DNA from: a virus
Lineage: Duplodnaviria; Caudoviricetes
Reading direction: 5' to 3' (one strand)
DNA: 64,000 nucleotides
Virus record (IMG/VR): IMGVR_UViG_3300033463_000010
Coordinates: 32,001 to 96,000 of that record
Shown piece after piece: positions 29,622-39,312 of this stretch. The notes under the pieces are model-generated. The model did no database searches and was not told the DNA's origin. It worked only from the letters and a program-made list of their open reading frames with translations. A program made the position numbers and the translations under genes. Position 1 is the first letter of the stretch. Each line of letters starts with the position of its first letter.

Positions 29622-29822
29622 TTGACATTTTTTGACATTTTATTCAAAACTTTTTCAAAATCGCACAAAAATTTTATTATATTCTGTTGTCAAAGGGAGG
29701 GCAATTTCCCTGCCAATACTTGTCGGCAATTCTTATTACTGACAAATTCCCTTGTAGGAGGGTGGCTTTCGTAGAGCCATCTCTAACTAACAAAAAACAA
29801 CCCTATCAAGGAGAGCATTATT

Positions 29823-30320
29823 ATGCTTAAATTCCGCAAGAAACTCCGTGAAGAAGACAGCATCGTGGAAGTTGGCGACGTTAAGTTGGATGCCAAGGAA
29901 ACCGAAGTTGTTTTCGCTGACGAAGAAAAGGACATCCAGGTTGTCGTTTCCCCCGACCCCGAAAACGAAAACTCTGTGACCGTCGCAGTTCTTACTAACT
30001 CCAAGGAAGACGTGGAAGAAGAAGAAGTTCTTGGTTCTGCTTCCGTTGAAGGTAGTGAAGATAAAGGTGCTGAAGAATCCCGCAAGGCTGCTCGTCGTGA
30101 GGCATTCCGTAAGCGTCTTGAAGCCCGTCGTTCTGCAAAGAAGCAGACCGCACCCGCCCGCAACGAGGCTCGTGCCGAAGCGTTCCGCAAGCGACTTGAA
30201 GCCCGTCGTGCTGCAAAGAAAGCAGAAGCCAAAACTTCTACTTCCACTGCCGAAGCCCGTAAGAAGGCAATCGGTGAAGCACGTGCGAAGTTCCGTTCCA
30301 AAATTGGCAAGAAAGCCTAA
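29823..30320 (+). CDS. Prohead scaffold/core protein
   Basis: Immediately upstream of capsid; acidic N-half, basic helical repeat EAFRKRLEARR x2. Confidence 0.6.
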   Translation: MLKFRKKLREEDSIVEVGDVKLDAKETEVVFADEEKDIQVVVSPDPENENSVTVAVLTNSKEDVEEEEVLGSASVEGSEDKGAEESRKAARREAFRKRLEARRSAKKQTAPARNEARAEAFRKRLEARRAAKKAEAKTSTSTAEARKKAIGEARAKFRSKIGKKA

Positions 30321-30338
30321 CCCAAAGGAGAAGACATT

Positions 30339-31988
30339 ATGAAGACTTCCGTTGAAGAAATGTCTAATCAGAAATACAACCGCCTCGTAGAATCCTACGA
30401 AGCCCGCTATGGCAAGCAGTTTGAAGCCCTTGCCAAGTCCCCGTCGTTCAAGGGCACCTTGTCCAAGAACGCTATGTTCAACCTTGGTCAGCAGATGGAC
30501 AACTACAAGCGTTACGAAAGTTTCGTGAACGAAAATTCCTCGGCTTCTAGCCTTGGTGTGTTGCCCCGTGTTGCTCTTGACCTTATTTCTGCTACCTACG
30601 CACTTTCTATTGCTCCGCAGTTGGCAAGTGTGCAGACGCTTGAAGAATCCCAGGGTCTTATCTACTTCAAGAAGACCTTTACCCACGGCTATCCGCTGAC
30701 TGCCCAGGAAGGACTTCCGTCCCTGCCCGAAGACAGGTGGATGGGTGCCGACGGTAAGTTTGAAGGCGACAAGACTTTCGCAGGTGCCTGGAAGAAGTGG
30801 CTTGACACCCGTGGTCGTCCCGTTGCAGGTCCCGACACCGAACTGACTGCCGAACAACTCGCAGCCAAGAACTTTGACGCTATCACTTTCAACGCCCTCA
30901 AGGGTTGGCAGGCTTCCCCGACGCAGTATATGAGCGAACGTCAGTTTGCTATCGCTGCCGACGGTTCCGCTACCATTAAGTATGGCGTGGGCAACCTCCG
31001 TTGGAACACCCCGATTAACGTCCGTCTTGTTGACAAGAACGGCAACGTTGAAGACGTGGTTGGTGTTTGCGGTGGTCCTGGTCAGTTGCCGACTTTCTAT
31101 GGTAAGGTTTCCGTGACCGCTGCTGCTGTTGGTCCCGACCTTGTTCTTACCATTCCGACGGGCTACCAGGGTGGCGTGACTTATGACGTTGACTTTGAAA
31201 AGGCTCCCGACGTTCCTGCTATTGAATACGCTCTTGACAACAAGGTTGTCAGTGCCGAAATCATTGGCTTGAAGGAAATGATGGGCACGTTCAAGTCTTT
31301 CCAATTCAACAAGCGTTTTGGTAAGGCTGCGTCCGACGAAGTTCTTGCTGACCTTACGGGTCATATGGCTATGGCTGAATCCGAAAAGATTCTTGCTGCC
31401 TATGTCCGTTGTGCTAACAAGTGGAAGCCGATTACCTGGAATCTCAACAAGACCGCAGGTATCAGCGAATTTGAACACCGTCAGTCTTTCCTGTATGCTA
31501 TCCAGGCTGCTTCTGCTGCTATCGGTAGCCGTGCAGGTAAGGGTCACGCTAACAAGATTGTTGCGGGCTACGTCGCTTGTCAGTATATTGCGTCCCTCCC
31601 TGGTTTCCGTCTTGCTCCGCAGACCAACCTTGTGGGTCCGCACGTGTATGGCACTCTTGAAAACGAAGGTATCACGGTTATCCGTTCCAACACCATCGTT
31701 GCCCCGAACGAAGTTATCTGTGCTTACAGCAGCGATAACAGCCCGTTTGAAGCACCTGTTGTGTGTGCAACGTATATGCCTGTGTTCCTCACCGACACTA
31801 TGCCTGTTGCCGACAACCCGTTCCAAACGCAGCGAGCAATCGCTTCTTGGAAGGCTATTGAACCTGTGGTTGCCGAATTTGTGCAGCGTATCGTCATCAC
31901 AAATGATGCCGAAGCACCTGCCGACGTGAACGTGTTCCTTACTACCACCCCGAACGGTGGCAGCGGTAGCGGTTCTAGCAACGGCTAA
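30339..31988 (+). CDS. Major capsid protein (T4 gp23-like)
   Basis: LDLI..TY..SIA..LASVQTL...QGLIY; GHANKIVAG; GTL; V.ATYMPV pattern; strong codon bias. Confidence 0.9.
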   Translation: MKTSVEEMSNQKYNRLVESYEARYGKQFEALAKSPSFKGTLSKNAMFNLGQQMDNYKRYESFVNENSSASSLGVLPRVALDLISATYALSIAPQLASVQTLEESQGLIYFKKTFTHGYPLTAQEGLPSLPEDRWMGADGKFEGDKTFAGAWKKWLDTRGRPVAGPDTELTAEQLAAKNFDAITFNALKGWQASPTQYMSERQFAIAADGSATIKYGVGNLRWNTPINVRLVDKNGNVEDVVGVCGGPGQLPTFYGKVSVTAAAVGPDLVLTIPTGYQGGVTYDVDFEKAPDVPAIEYALDNKVVSAEIIGLKEMMGTFKSFQFNKRFGKAASDEVLADLTGHMAMAESEKILAAYVRCANKWKPITWNLNKTAGISEFEHRQSFLYAIQAASAAIGSRAGKGHANKIVAGYVACQYIASLPGFRLAPQTNLVGPHVYGTLENEGITVIRSNTIVAPNEVICAYSSDNSPFEAPVVCATYMPVFLTDTMPVADNPFQTQRAIASWKAIEPVVAEFVQRIVITNDAEAPADVNVFLTTTPNGGSGSGSSNG

Positions 31989-32010
31989 TTGCTTAACTCC
32001 CTGTTGAGTG

Positions 32011-32043
32011 AAGACACCCCTGCGTAAAGCGGGGGTGTTTTTT
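32011..32043 (+). terminator. Intrinsic terminator after the capsid gene
   Basis: GACACCCC.GC...GCGGGGGTGTT-TTTT. Confidence 0.8.
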
Positions 32044-32116
32044 ATAGGGTGGTTGTCCGAAGTTGAAAAAATTTTATTATTTTTATTGACGATAAACTTC
32101 AAATGGGGTAATGCTT

Positions 32117-32248
32117 ATGGCAGAAGAAACCACCGCACCCGATTCTTATTCTTACCTGGCTTACATTTTGGCTATGTATGCCGACGAAGAACAGCGTGAC
32201 GAAACCCTGTGGACGGGAAACTTCACAGGCGACGTGTTGCCGTATTAG
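32117..32248 (+). CDS. Small hypothetical protein (43 aa, not in the ORF track)
   Basis: MAEETTAPDSYSYLAYILAMYADEEQRDETLWTGNFTGDVLPY; typical codon usage. Confidence 0.5.
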   Translation: MAEETTAPDSYSYLAYILAMYADEEQRDETLWTGNFTGDVLPY

Positions 32249-32281
32249 CGTCTAACAATTTTCCAAACAAGGGACACCCGT

Positions 32282-33289
32282 ATGTCTAACAAGCATTTCA
32301 AGATAGTTGTTAAAGAAGCAAAGAAGAATGAAAGTAAGTCCGACGGTGAACGTGCCGTGGACGACTATGATACCCTTATTGACGGTCTAAAAGAATTGGG
32401 ATTTGAGCCGTCGTCCAATGTTCGTAACGGTAAGATTTATCCGTATAGAACAAGGTTCACTGCGACCAAAGACGGCATTAAGTATGGCTTTACTCTTAAT
32501 GAAGACCTCACAGGCGAATATCTTGAATCCATTGAAGTCGTTGGTGGAAGCATTTACACGGGCGACCCAAATGACAAGGACGCTAGGGTGTTTAAGTCCG
32601 TCGGTGAAGTCCTTGACGCTTTGAAGCAGGTTGACGGTAAGAAGTCCGAGGCTATGGATATGTCTAGGGCGAAGCAGATTGTAATGGGTGACACTCGCCA
32701 CAACCCTAAAACGGTTGCTGAGGAAATTGCGTGGTCTGCGTGGGTTGAAAGCGACGGGCACCCTAAAGCATTATTGCGTAAGGCTGCTAGGGATTACTAT
32801 AATAGCGGGCTATTGGCTTCTGCTGAAAGGGCACGTTATTTGTTGGACACCTATACAGACGAAATGCGTGAACTTTATAAGGAATTTACGTCGTCGGTTG
32901 AACCTGCTGAAGTTGCGTCCACAGGTGAAGTTATCCCGTGGAGTTCTTTTGAAGATATGTCTTCTAAAAATGAAGCTGACGCAGAAGCCTTTATTCAGTG
33001 GATTACTGAAAATGTTGCACGTAAGTTGGTTCGCTATGCTAGTGAGTCAATGAAGTCCGAAAGCCTTTCGCTCAAACAGAAAGAACTTAAAGATATGGCA
33101 CGTTATGGCGAAGCCGAAGACATTACTACCATATCCGACGCAGAAGCAAAGGAACTTCGCAAGAAGGGCGTTGAAACGGTGGGTGTTAGCCGTGGGACCT
33201 ACGGAATGAACGGTGCCTTGCTCCGTGACAAGGACGGCAATAAATACGTGATTACCGCCCGCAGCTCTAACCTGTTCTACTTTGTATAA
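32282..33289 (+). CDS. Leader-bearing three-domain polyprotein-like protein
   Basis: FKIVVKEAKKNES leader; KKSEA and SESMKSES linkers. Confidence 0.7.
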   Translation: MSNKHFKIVVKEAKKNESKSDGERAVDDYDTLIDGLKELGFEPSSNVRNGKIYPYRTRFTATKDGIKYGFTLNEDLTGEYLESIEVVGGSIYTGDPNDKDARVFKSVGEVLDALKQVDGKKSEAMDMSRAKQIVMGDTRHNPKTVAEEIAWSAWVESDGHPKALLRKAARDYYNSGLLASAERARYLLDTYTDEMRELYKEFTSSVEPAEVASTGEVIPWSSFEDMSSKNEADAEAFIQWITENVARKLVRYASESMKSESLSLKQKELKDMARYGEAEDITTISDAEAKELRKKGVETVGVSRGTYGMNGALLRDKDGNKYVITARSSNLFYFV

Positions 33290-33315
33290 AATTTTTTAAA
33301 TAAAGGAAAACTCTT

Positions 33316-34650
33316 ATGAATAAAACATTCACCTGCTCTATGCAGAAAAAGAAAGAAAGCTTTGCGAAGAAGTCCGAAGCAAAGACTTGCGAAGCCACGT
33401 TTAAGCAGGGCGTGGACGACTTTATCAGTTGTGCCCCGTCGGGTGGTTGGTCCGACTATTGGGCTATGCAGCAGGATTGGGAAGCGTTTAAGGACGGTCT
33501 TTGCCGTGACGGTGTGATTACACAGAAGCAGGCAGATTCTTGGAGTAACCCTTGTACCCCCGAAACTTTTGCTCGCTGGCAGAAGCGTAACGGCTTGGTT
33601 AGCCGTGGTTACGAATCCAAGAAGTCCGAAGACACCTATGACCGTCCTGTGACCTTGTATGCTTCTACTCGTTATGATGACGCAGAAGAAGCACAGAAGT
33701 TCCTTGATAGCATTAGCGGTGGTGAAGTAAAGGTGTCCAAGGAACGCAATGGTGATACCTTGTCTGTGAGCATTGAAGGTGACGATGATGCTATTGACAC
33801 ATTCCTTGCAGTCTATAAGGATAACTATGATACCCTTGAAAAAGATTGCGATGCAGATGTTAATGGTTGGACGGACCCCGTGGATTTGAAGTATTATACG
33901 GTACAGGGTCGTAAGGAACTCACAGGTGAATCCGAAAGCAAGCAGAACGAAAAGAGTAAGGCTGTCTGTGCTGTTTGTGGGGAACCTACAGATGACCCTG
34001 TTTTTGACTATGACCATACTTTCTGTAAGGATTGTTACGGTGACGGTGGGGACGTTTGGAAGGGTGATAAGGCGAATGCTAATGCTAAATTTGTTGTTGG
34101 GACAATGATTAGTCTTGACGGTGTTAAGCAATATATTCGGGAATTTAGACCTCGTACTTTCGTAGCTCAAAACGTAGACACAGGTAAGGAAGTTACTTTG
34201 CCCCGCTCTAGTCTTAATCGTGCTTTCGCTTTATATGACCCTAGAAAGTCGGATTACGACGACAGGGGTAATTTAAAAAACCGTGAATCAAATAAAAAAG
34301 GCGAATCCAAGAAGTCCGAAGGCATTGGCGACCGAATCAAGATGGGCATAGACTACAATATGTTTATGCGTATGTGTGGTTCCGCAGCCTACCTTGATGA
34401 CAATGAAGACTATTGGGATGCACTGTGGGAATACTACTCCGAAATGGGCGAAATTGAAGACGCTTGCGAGTTCTTTGACAACTTGTTCCAATACACCGCT
34501 TGGTGCGATGCAGACGAGGTGTACGATGAATACTTGGACGATAAGTTCAAGGACGAGTCCAAGAGCAAGGAAGAATGTATTGAGGCTGCTGTTGACGCAG
34601 GCGACCTTGACGTTTTCAAGACGGACAAGGGCTATCTTGTAATTCAGTAA
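33316..34650 (+). CDS. Leader-bearing four-module polyprotein-like protein
   Basis: CSMQKKKESF leader; YESKKSED, ESESKQNE, GESKKSEG linkers; CxxC..CxxC module. Confidence 0.75.
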   Translation: MNKTFTCSMQKKKESFAKKSEAKTCEATFKQGVDDFISCAPSGGWSDYWAMQQDWEAFKDGLCRDGVITQKQADSWSNPCTPETFARWQKRNGLVSRGYESKKSEDTYDRPVTLYASTRYDDAEEAQKFLDSISGGEVKVSKERNGDTLSVSIEGDDDAIDTFLAVYKDNYDTLEKDCDADVNGWTDPVDLKYYTVQGRKELTGESESKQNEKSKAVCAVCGEPTDDPVFDYDHTFCKDCYGDGGDVWKGDKANANAKFVVGTMISLDGVKQYIREFRPRTFVAQNVDTGKEVTLPRSSLNRAFALYDPRKSDYDDRGNLKNRESNKKGESKKSEGIGDRIKMGIDYNMFMRMCGSAAYLDDNEDYWDALWEYYSEMGEIEDACEFFDNLFQYTAWCDADEVYDEYLDDKFKDESKSKEECIEAAVDAGDLDVFKTDKGYLVIQ

Positions 34651-34667
34651 CAACCCGTGAAATGCAG

Positions 34668-34694
34668 AAGCACCCCTTAATTGGGGTGCTTTTT
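34668..34694 (+). terminator. Intrinsic terminator
   Basis: AAGCACCCC-ttaatt-GGGGTGCTT-TTT. Confidence 0.8.
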
Positions 34695-34766
34695 ACCTTA
34701 TTGATGTTTTTTAAATGCTTGAACCCGACATTGAACTATCCTCACACTAAAGATGTGTAGGATTCC

Positions 34767-35969
34767 CTAACTTACAGCAACATTCGTCGCTGATGGTTTC
34801 GGGCATTCTCGGTTTTGAAGCCGAGCATTGTTTAAGACTTCGGCAGGTCCCCCGCCTAGTGTCTTCTTAACTCCAAGATACAGAATGTTCCGTGCAGCGT
34901 TTACGTCCCTGTCGTGTTCGGCATTACATACAGGGCATACCCACCGCTTCACGCCTAGCACGACTTCGGGGTTTACGTTCCCGCACACATTACAAGTCTT
35001 GCTTGTATATTGTGCGGGGACTTTGACCAGGTTCGTCTTGTAGGACAGGTATTGCCGAAGCAACCCGAACCCCTGGTCACTGACAACTTTCCCGTGTTCT
35101 TCTTCGGATGACATCTTCTGTAAATTTATGTCTTCCACGAACACGTATTGGTATCTGTCAGCCAGGTCACGGCTTACCTTGTGCAGCCAATCCCTGCGTT
35201 GGTTGACTACCTTTTCGTGCAGCCGTGCAACTTTGGACTTGGCACGGTAATACCTCTTGGACTGCACGTCCTTGCCCTTTACGAACCTGCGGGATTGGAC
35301 CTGTTGGTATTTCTCCAACTGCCGTTCTTTCCTTGTCAAGAAGCGAGGGCACTTGACTTTCGTGCCGTCGCTCAAAGTGAGGAACGAATCGTCGGAGCAG
35401 TTCCAATCTATCCCGACCGCCTTTCCGTTCTGTATTTTAGTTTGTTCTTCTTTAAGTTCTACGCAAATCTTGACATACCATTTCCCGCTTGCAGACCGCT
35501 TGAACGTTATGTTCTTCCACTTGCCCTTGCAGAACTGCGATGATGCGTGGATAGGTATGTAGCCTAATTTTCGTGTGACGTATAAACCTTTTTTTGAAAG
35601 ATACGCTGAATTATTCTGTATGTGATACCGAAACGATACTTTTTCGTTTCGTTTACATTTATATGTCGGTTGGTGTGAAAATGTAGAAGGTTTGTTGCTT
35701 TTTAATGATTTGTAGAAATTAGAATACGCCCCACGTATATCCATCCAAGTTTGTGTTAGTGGTATGGTATCTATTTCTTTAACCCATTCAAGTGCTTCGG
35801 GTTTAAATTTTGTAAATGTCGGTTTGTAACCCTCTATAAGAATTTTGTGATTTTCGTTTTTATTTTTAACAATAATGTTGTAGTATAATCGGCATAGACC
35901 TAGTGTCTTGTTAAAAATAGACACTTGTTCTTTAGTAGGATAGATTCTATATTCGTATGCCTTAAACAT
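34767..35969 (-). CDS. tnpB: TnpB RNA-guided endonuclease, IS200/IS605 type (tnpB-2)
   Basis: KAYEYRIYPT, GIDWN, VEDINL, CNVCG/CPVC, DRDVNAARNI; end GATAGTTCAA at 34731; promoter TTGACG-17-TATATT at 36028-36000. Confidence 0.92.
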   Translation of the reverse strand: MFKAYEYRIYPTKEQVSIFNKTLGLCRLYYNIIVKNKNENHKILIEGYKPTFTKFKPEALEWVKEIDTIPLTQTWMDIRGAYSNFYKSLKSNKPSTFSHQPTYKCKRNEKVSFRYHIQNNSAYLSKKGLYVTRKLGYIPIHASSQFCKGKWKNITFKRSASGKWYVKICVELKEEQTKIQNGKAVGIDWNCSDDSFLTLSDGTKVKCPRFLTRKERQLEKYQQVQSRRFVKGKDVQSKRYYRAKSKVARLHEKVVNQRRDWLHKVSRDLADRYQYVFVEDINLQKMSSEEEHGKVVSDQGFGLLRQYLSYKTNLVKVPAQYTSKTCNVCGNVNPEVVLGVKRWVCPVCNAEHDRDVNAARNILYLGVKKTLGGGPAEVLNNARLQNRECPKPSATNVAVS

Positions 35970-36127
35970 AAATTTGATAGTATAGTATGTTCAGCTATAA
36001 ATATACAATCAAAATTTAAAAACGTCAAGGGTTTTATGGGTATGCTGTAATATATGGCTATTCTATACGGTATAAAGCTGTCAAAGCGTATTAAATTTAT
36101 TATATTGGTTGTAACTATGGTGGTTAT

Positions 36128-36847
36128 ATGCTGAAACCTGGTAATCAAAAAGTTTATTTCATAGAGAACGACGACTTGTCTAAACTCTATCCCGACGCAG
36201 AAGACGCACAGGACAAAGCCCTGGGCGTTCTTGAAGGCGAGCAGTCCTTTATTATCGTGGACGGTGAACAGCTCCCCATAGGCTACGATAGCGAAAAGGA
36301 TGCTATCCTGGTGGAAGACAGCAGCACTTCCGATAGCGTGATTAAAAAGGCTCGCAAGCTGCTTGACCTGTTCGTGAAGAATGAACTGTTCGGGACCCGT
36401 GAAATTGAAAATGAAAACGGGTTTATGCCCGACGACGATTACCCTATGTCCGTGAATGTCACGGACGGTAATTCGTATCGCACGGTTTCTTATTACCCGT
36501 CTATGCAGCAAATGGCGAATGCACAGGTCCATTTGTGGACGGGAAGCGGGTATAGCACCCACGTATTCTATGTGAACGTCCACAATGGCGACCGCAACCC
36601 CGAAGAAGCCCTGGAAACGGCTGTGGTCCTTGCCGAAAAGATTGACAAGTCCGTATTGTTAGACGTTGCCGAAACCGAACAGGCTATGGCAGACGACGGT
36701 CATTACGACAAGGATAGCGGTGAGGGCGACGCTGTTTTTGAAGAAACATACATTTACGTTGACGCTACAATGTTGGGGGCTTCGCAGCCTTACTACGTGT
36801 ATGCAGAAAATTTCGGAGTGCTGCCCAATAAGGGCGAACTCGCATAA
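36128..36847 (+). CDS. Acidic hypothetical protein
   Basis: 239-aa ORF, typical codon usage. Confidence 0.7.
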   Translation: MLKPGNQKVYFIENDDLSKLYPDAEDAQDKALGVLEGEQSFIIVDGEQLPIGYDSEKDAILVEDSSTSDSVIKKARKLLDLFVKNELFGTREIENENGFMPDDDYPMSVNVTDGNSYRTVSYYPSMQQMANAQVHLWTGSGYSTHVFYVNVHNGDRNPEEALETAVVLAEKIDKSVLLDVAETEQAMADDGHYDKDSGEGDAVFEETYIYVDATMLGASQPYYVYAENFGVLPNKGELA

Positions 36848-36861
36848 AAGAGAGGTAGGCT

Positions 36862-37677
36862 ATGTCTAAAATGAAAATCAAGGTCCACGAAAGAAATTCC
36901 GATAATGACCCGCAGCGTTTCTACGATAAATTGAACCCTGCTGAAAAGCGTCGTTTTGACGGGCTTGCCGACACGGTTGAAGCCCTGGTTGGTGTGTTTG
37001 ACGAAAACGGAAAATTGTCTAAACCGCAGCAAGACCAACTCAAGGAAGCCAGGGACACGATTTACGTGTTTGGCTATGCAGCCAGGGGCTATGTAAGTCT
37101 TGCCGACGAAGTTCTTGCCAACTATGGCGTGGAACCTTTGCTTGACCCGAACGAACCTGTCTTTGGCGAATCCAAAAAGAACGAAGACACCGACGACGCA
37201 GCCGAAGCACTCGCAAAGGAACTAGGGGTTTCTGTTGACAAGGTTTCGGATAGCTCCCAGGACTATGACTATTATGAACTCGATTACACGTATGACGTTG
37301 AATTGACGGACGGCACGACTGCTACTTACCTTGTGTATGATAATCAGCAGTCTGCTATTGACGCTGCTGCGGACGATTTGGGTGAACGTTTCCACGACGA
37401 CAGTAGCATACTTGGGGCAGCTATTGAATACTTCGGCTTCGGGACGCTTTCCGATTATTTGAACGGATATGACGACGAAATGGCTGACCTTGAAAGTCTT
37501 TGTGACGACGTGAGTTCCGAAGAATTTGCACGTATGTTGCAGCAGCGGGGCGGTTTGGATTACCGTGGGTTTGCTGAATACAACATAGGTGAACTTGGGG
37601 CTGCTTGGCACCTTTCCAATTATGACGGCAAAGAAGTTGAACTTGAAAACGGTATGCTCGCATATCGTGTAGATTAA
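36862..37677 (+). CDS. Leader-bearing two-domain protein (MKIKVHER; GESKKNED linker)
   Basis: Class I leader; very acidic C-domain ending HLSNYDGKE...YRVD. Confidence 0.72.
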   Translation: MSKMKIKVHERNSDNDPQRFYDKLNPAEKRRFDGLADTVEALVGVFDENGKLSKPQQDQLKEARDTIYVFGYAARGYVSLADEVLANYGVEPLLDPNEPVFGESKKNEDTDDAAEALAKELGVSVDKVSDSSQDYDYYELDYTYDVELTDGTTATYLVYDNQQSAIDAAADDLGERFHDDSSILGAAIEYFGFGTLSDYLNGYDDEMADLESLCDDVSSEEFARMLQQRGGLDYRGFAEYNIGELGAAWHLSNYDGKEVELENGMLAYRVD

Positions 37678-37689
37678 GGGAGTAAGTAT

Positions 37690-39195
37690 ATGTCTTTGAA
37701 AATCAAAACACATAAGTTTGAAAGCCGTGTAGCTCCCGCTGCACAGCGTCGTCCGTTTGGTCGTATGGCTGAATCCAAAAAGTCCGAAGCTACAAGTTTC
37801 GGTGCGGGAATGTCTAAACGCACGGACCTGTCCAAAATGCGTAATTTGGGTGAAGTCATAGACGTTCTTGAAGAACACAAAAAACTTATGGAAAATAAGG
37901 CAAAGGATTTGTCGCAAAGCAAGGAAGACTTGCAGGCTGCGATTAAGTCCCTTAACGAATTTTCCAAACACGTCCTGTTCTTGAAGCAGCAGTCCGTAAA
38001 GGGTATCAAGGACGCACTCACGTTCAACAAGTCCCCCGAAGTCAAGGCTGCTGCCGATATTGAAAAGCACTTGAAGAATGCTCTTAAAATCCTTTACTCC
38101 GATTATGAGAACATTCCCGACGTTACTCAACTGCTGACAGTTGTTGACAGTCGGTATGCTACCCGTGGTGACAAGGTTGTGACCGCCTGGGTTGACAATG
38201 CGACCCGTGCTATTGAAGTGGACGCAAAGACGATTAAGGACAGCATCGCTGCGGGCGATATGTCCGAAGACGACGTTGTGAAACTTGTGACGGTTACTTA
38301 TGCTACCCACGGTGTCAAGAACAAGGACACCGTTGAAAAGGTAACGCCTGTCCTTGAACGTATGAACGCCTTGCTTGCTTCGGCTCCGAAGATTGAAGAA
38401 GCGGTCATTGACCCGAAGGAATTTAAGGAACTCCGTGACCTTGTGGAACAGATTGTTAAGGAAGCGTCCGAACCGACGCTTACTGTCAAGACTGCTATCA
38501 CTACGCTTTCAAAGGGCGAACTCGCAACCGTCCCGTCCGAAGCGTTTGTGTCCGAGGGTCTGCTTGACAAACTCAAAGACCTTGTGGCTTCTCTCAAGGA
38601 CAAGATTTCGTCCCTGTGGAACTCGTTTACTTCCCTGTTCTTCAACCTGGAAGACGAAGCCCTTGAATCGGCTGAAACGTTTGCCGAAGTTGAAGAAGGC
38701 TTTGCCATTATGGGCATTGTCGTTGAATCCTACGTTGCAAAGAGTGTTCCGCTCGGCAAGCAGTTTGAAGTCCTTACGAAGTCCGTGCTTCACTGCTGCG
38801 ATAAACTTGTCAAGGACGCTTCCCTTGCGGGCGAATTTGACGACGAAGTGATTTACGCAGAAGAAGCCGTCAATAATGCCGTTGAGTCGTTCCAGGCTCT
38901 CGGTGAAGCCTGCAAGACTTTGAAGAACGCATTGTCGTATCACAAAAACGAAGACAATATGAACGTTATCGGTATTCTTGCGGACGCTATCACGCAGATT
39001 GTGAACGACGACAATGGCAGTGCCGATACGGAAGGTGGCGACGACTCCGAAGACGACGAAAATTCTGTAATCCGTGACGTTGAAAAGGAATATAGCCCCG
39101 CAGGTGGCGAGGGCGGTGAAGAAGGTCCCGAAGCGAACGGTGGCGAGAACGAAGCCCCGAACCCCGCTGAAATGGGCGAACCCGAAACGTTCTAG
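37690..39195 (+). CDS. Leader-bearing helical protein, putative prohead core/inner-body protein
   Basis: MSLKIKTHKFES, MAESKKSEA; coiled-coil rich. Confidence 0.65.
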   Translation: MSLKIKTHKFESRVAPAAQRRPFGRMAESKKSEATSFGAGMSKRTDLSKMRNLGEVIDVLEEHKKLMENKAKDLSQSKEDLQAAIKSLNEFSKHVLFLKQQSVKGIKDALTFNKSPEVKAAADIEKHLKNALKILYSDYENIPDVTQLLTVVDSRYATRGDKVVTAWVDNATRAIEVDAKTIKDSIAAGDMSEDDVVKLVTVTYATHGVKNKDTVEKVTPVLERMNALLASAPKIEEAVIDPKEFKELRDLVEQIVKEASEPTLTVKTAITTLSKGELATVPSEAFVSEGLLDKLKDLVASLKDKISSLWNSFTSLFFNLEDEALESAETFAEVEEGFAIMGIVVESYVAKSVPLGKQFEVLTKSVLHCCDKLVKDASLAGEFDDEVIYAEEAVNNAVESFQALGEACKTLKNALSYHKNEDNMNVIGILADAITQIVNDDNGSADTEGGDDSEDDENSVIRDVEKEYSPAGGEGGEEGPEANGGENEAPNPAEMGEPETF

Positions 39196-39312
39196 TCAAC
39201 GCCTGGTCCGCTGAAAAGTATAGTTGCCGAGGAATACTCGGCAACTTTCATTTTTGACGCTGCGTGACTATATTTCATATAGGACAACCACGGCATACAA
39301 AAAGGAAACTGT

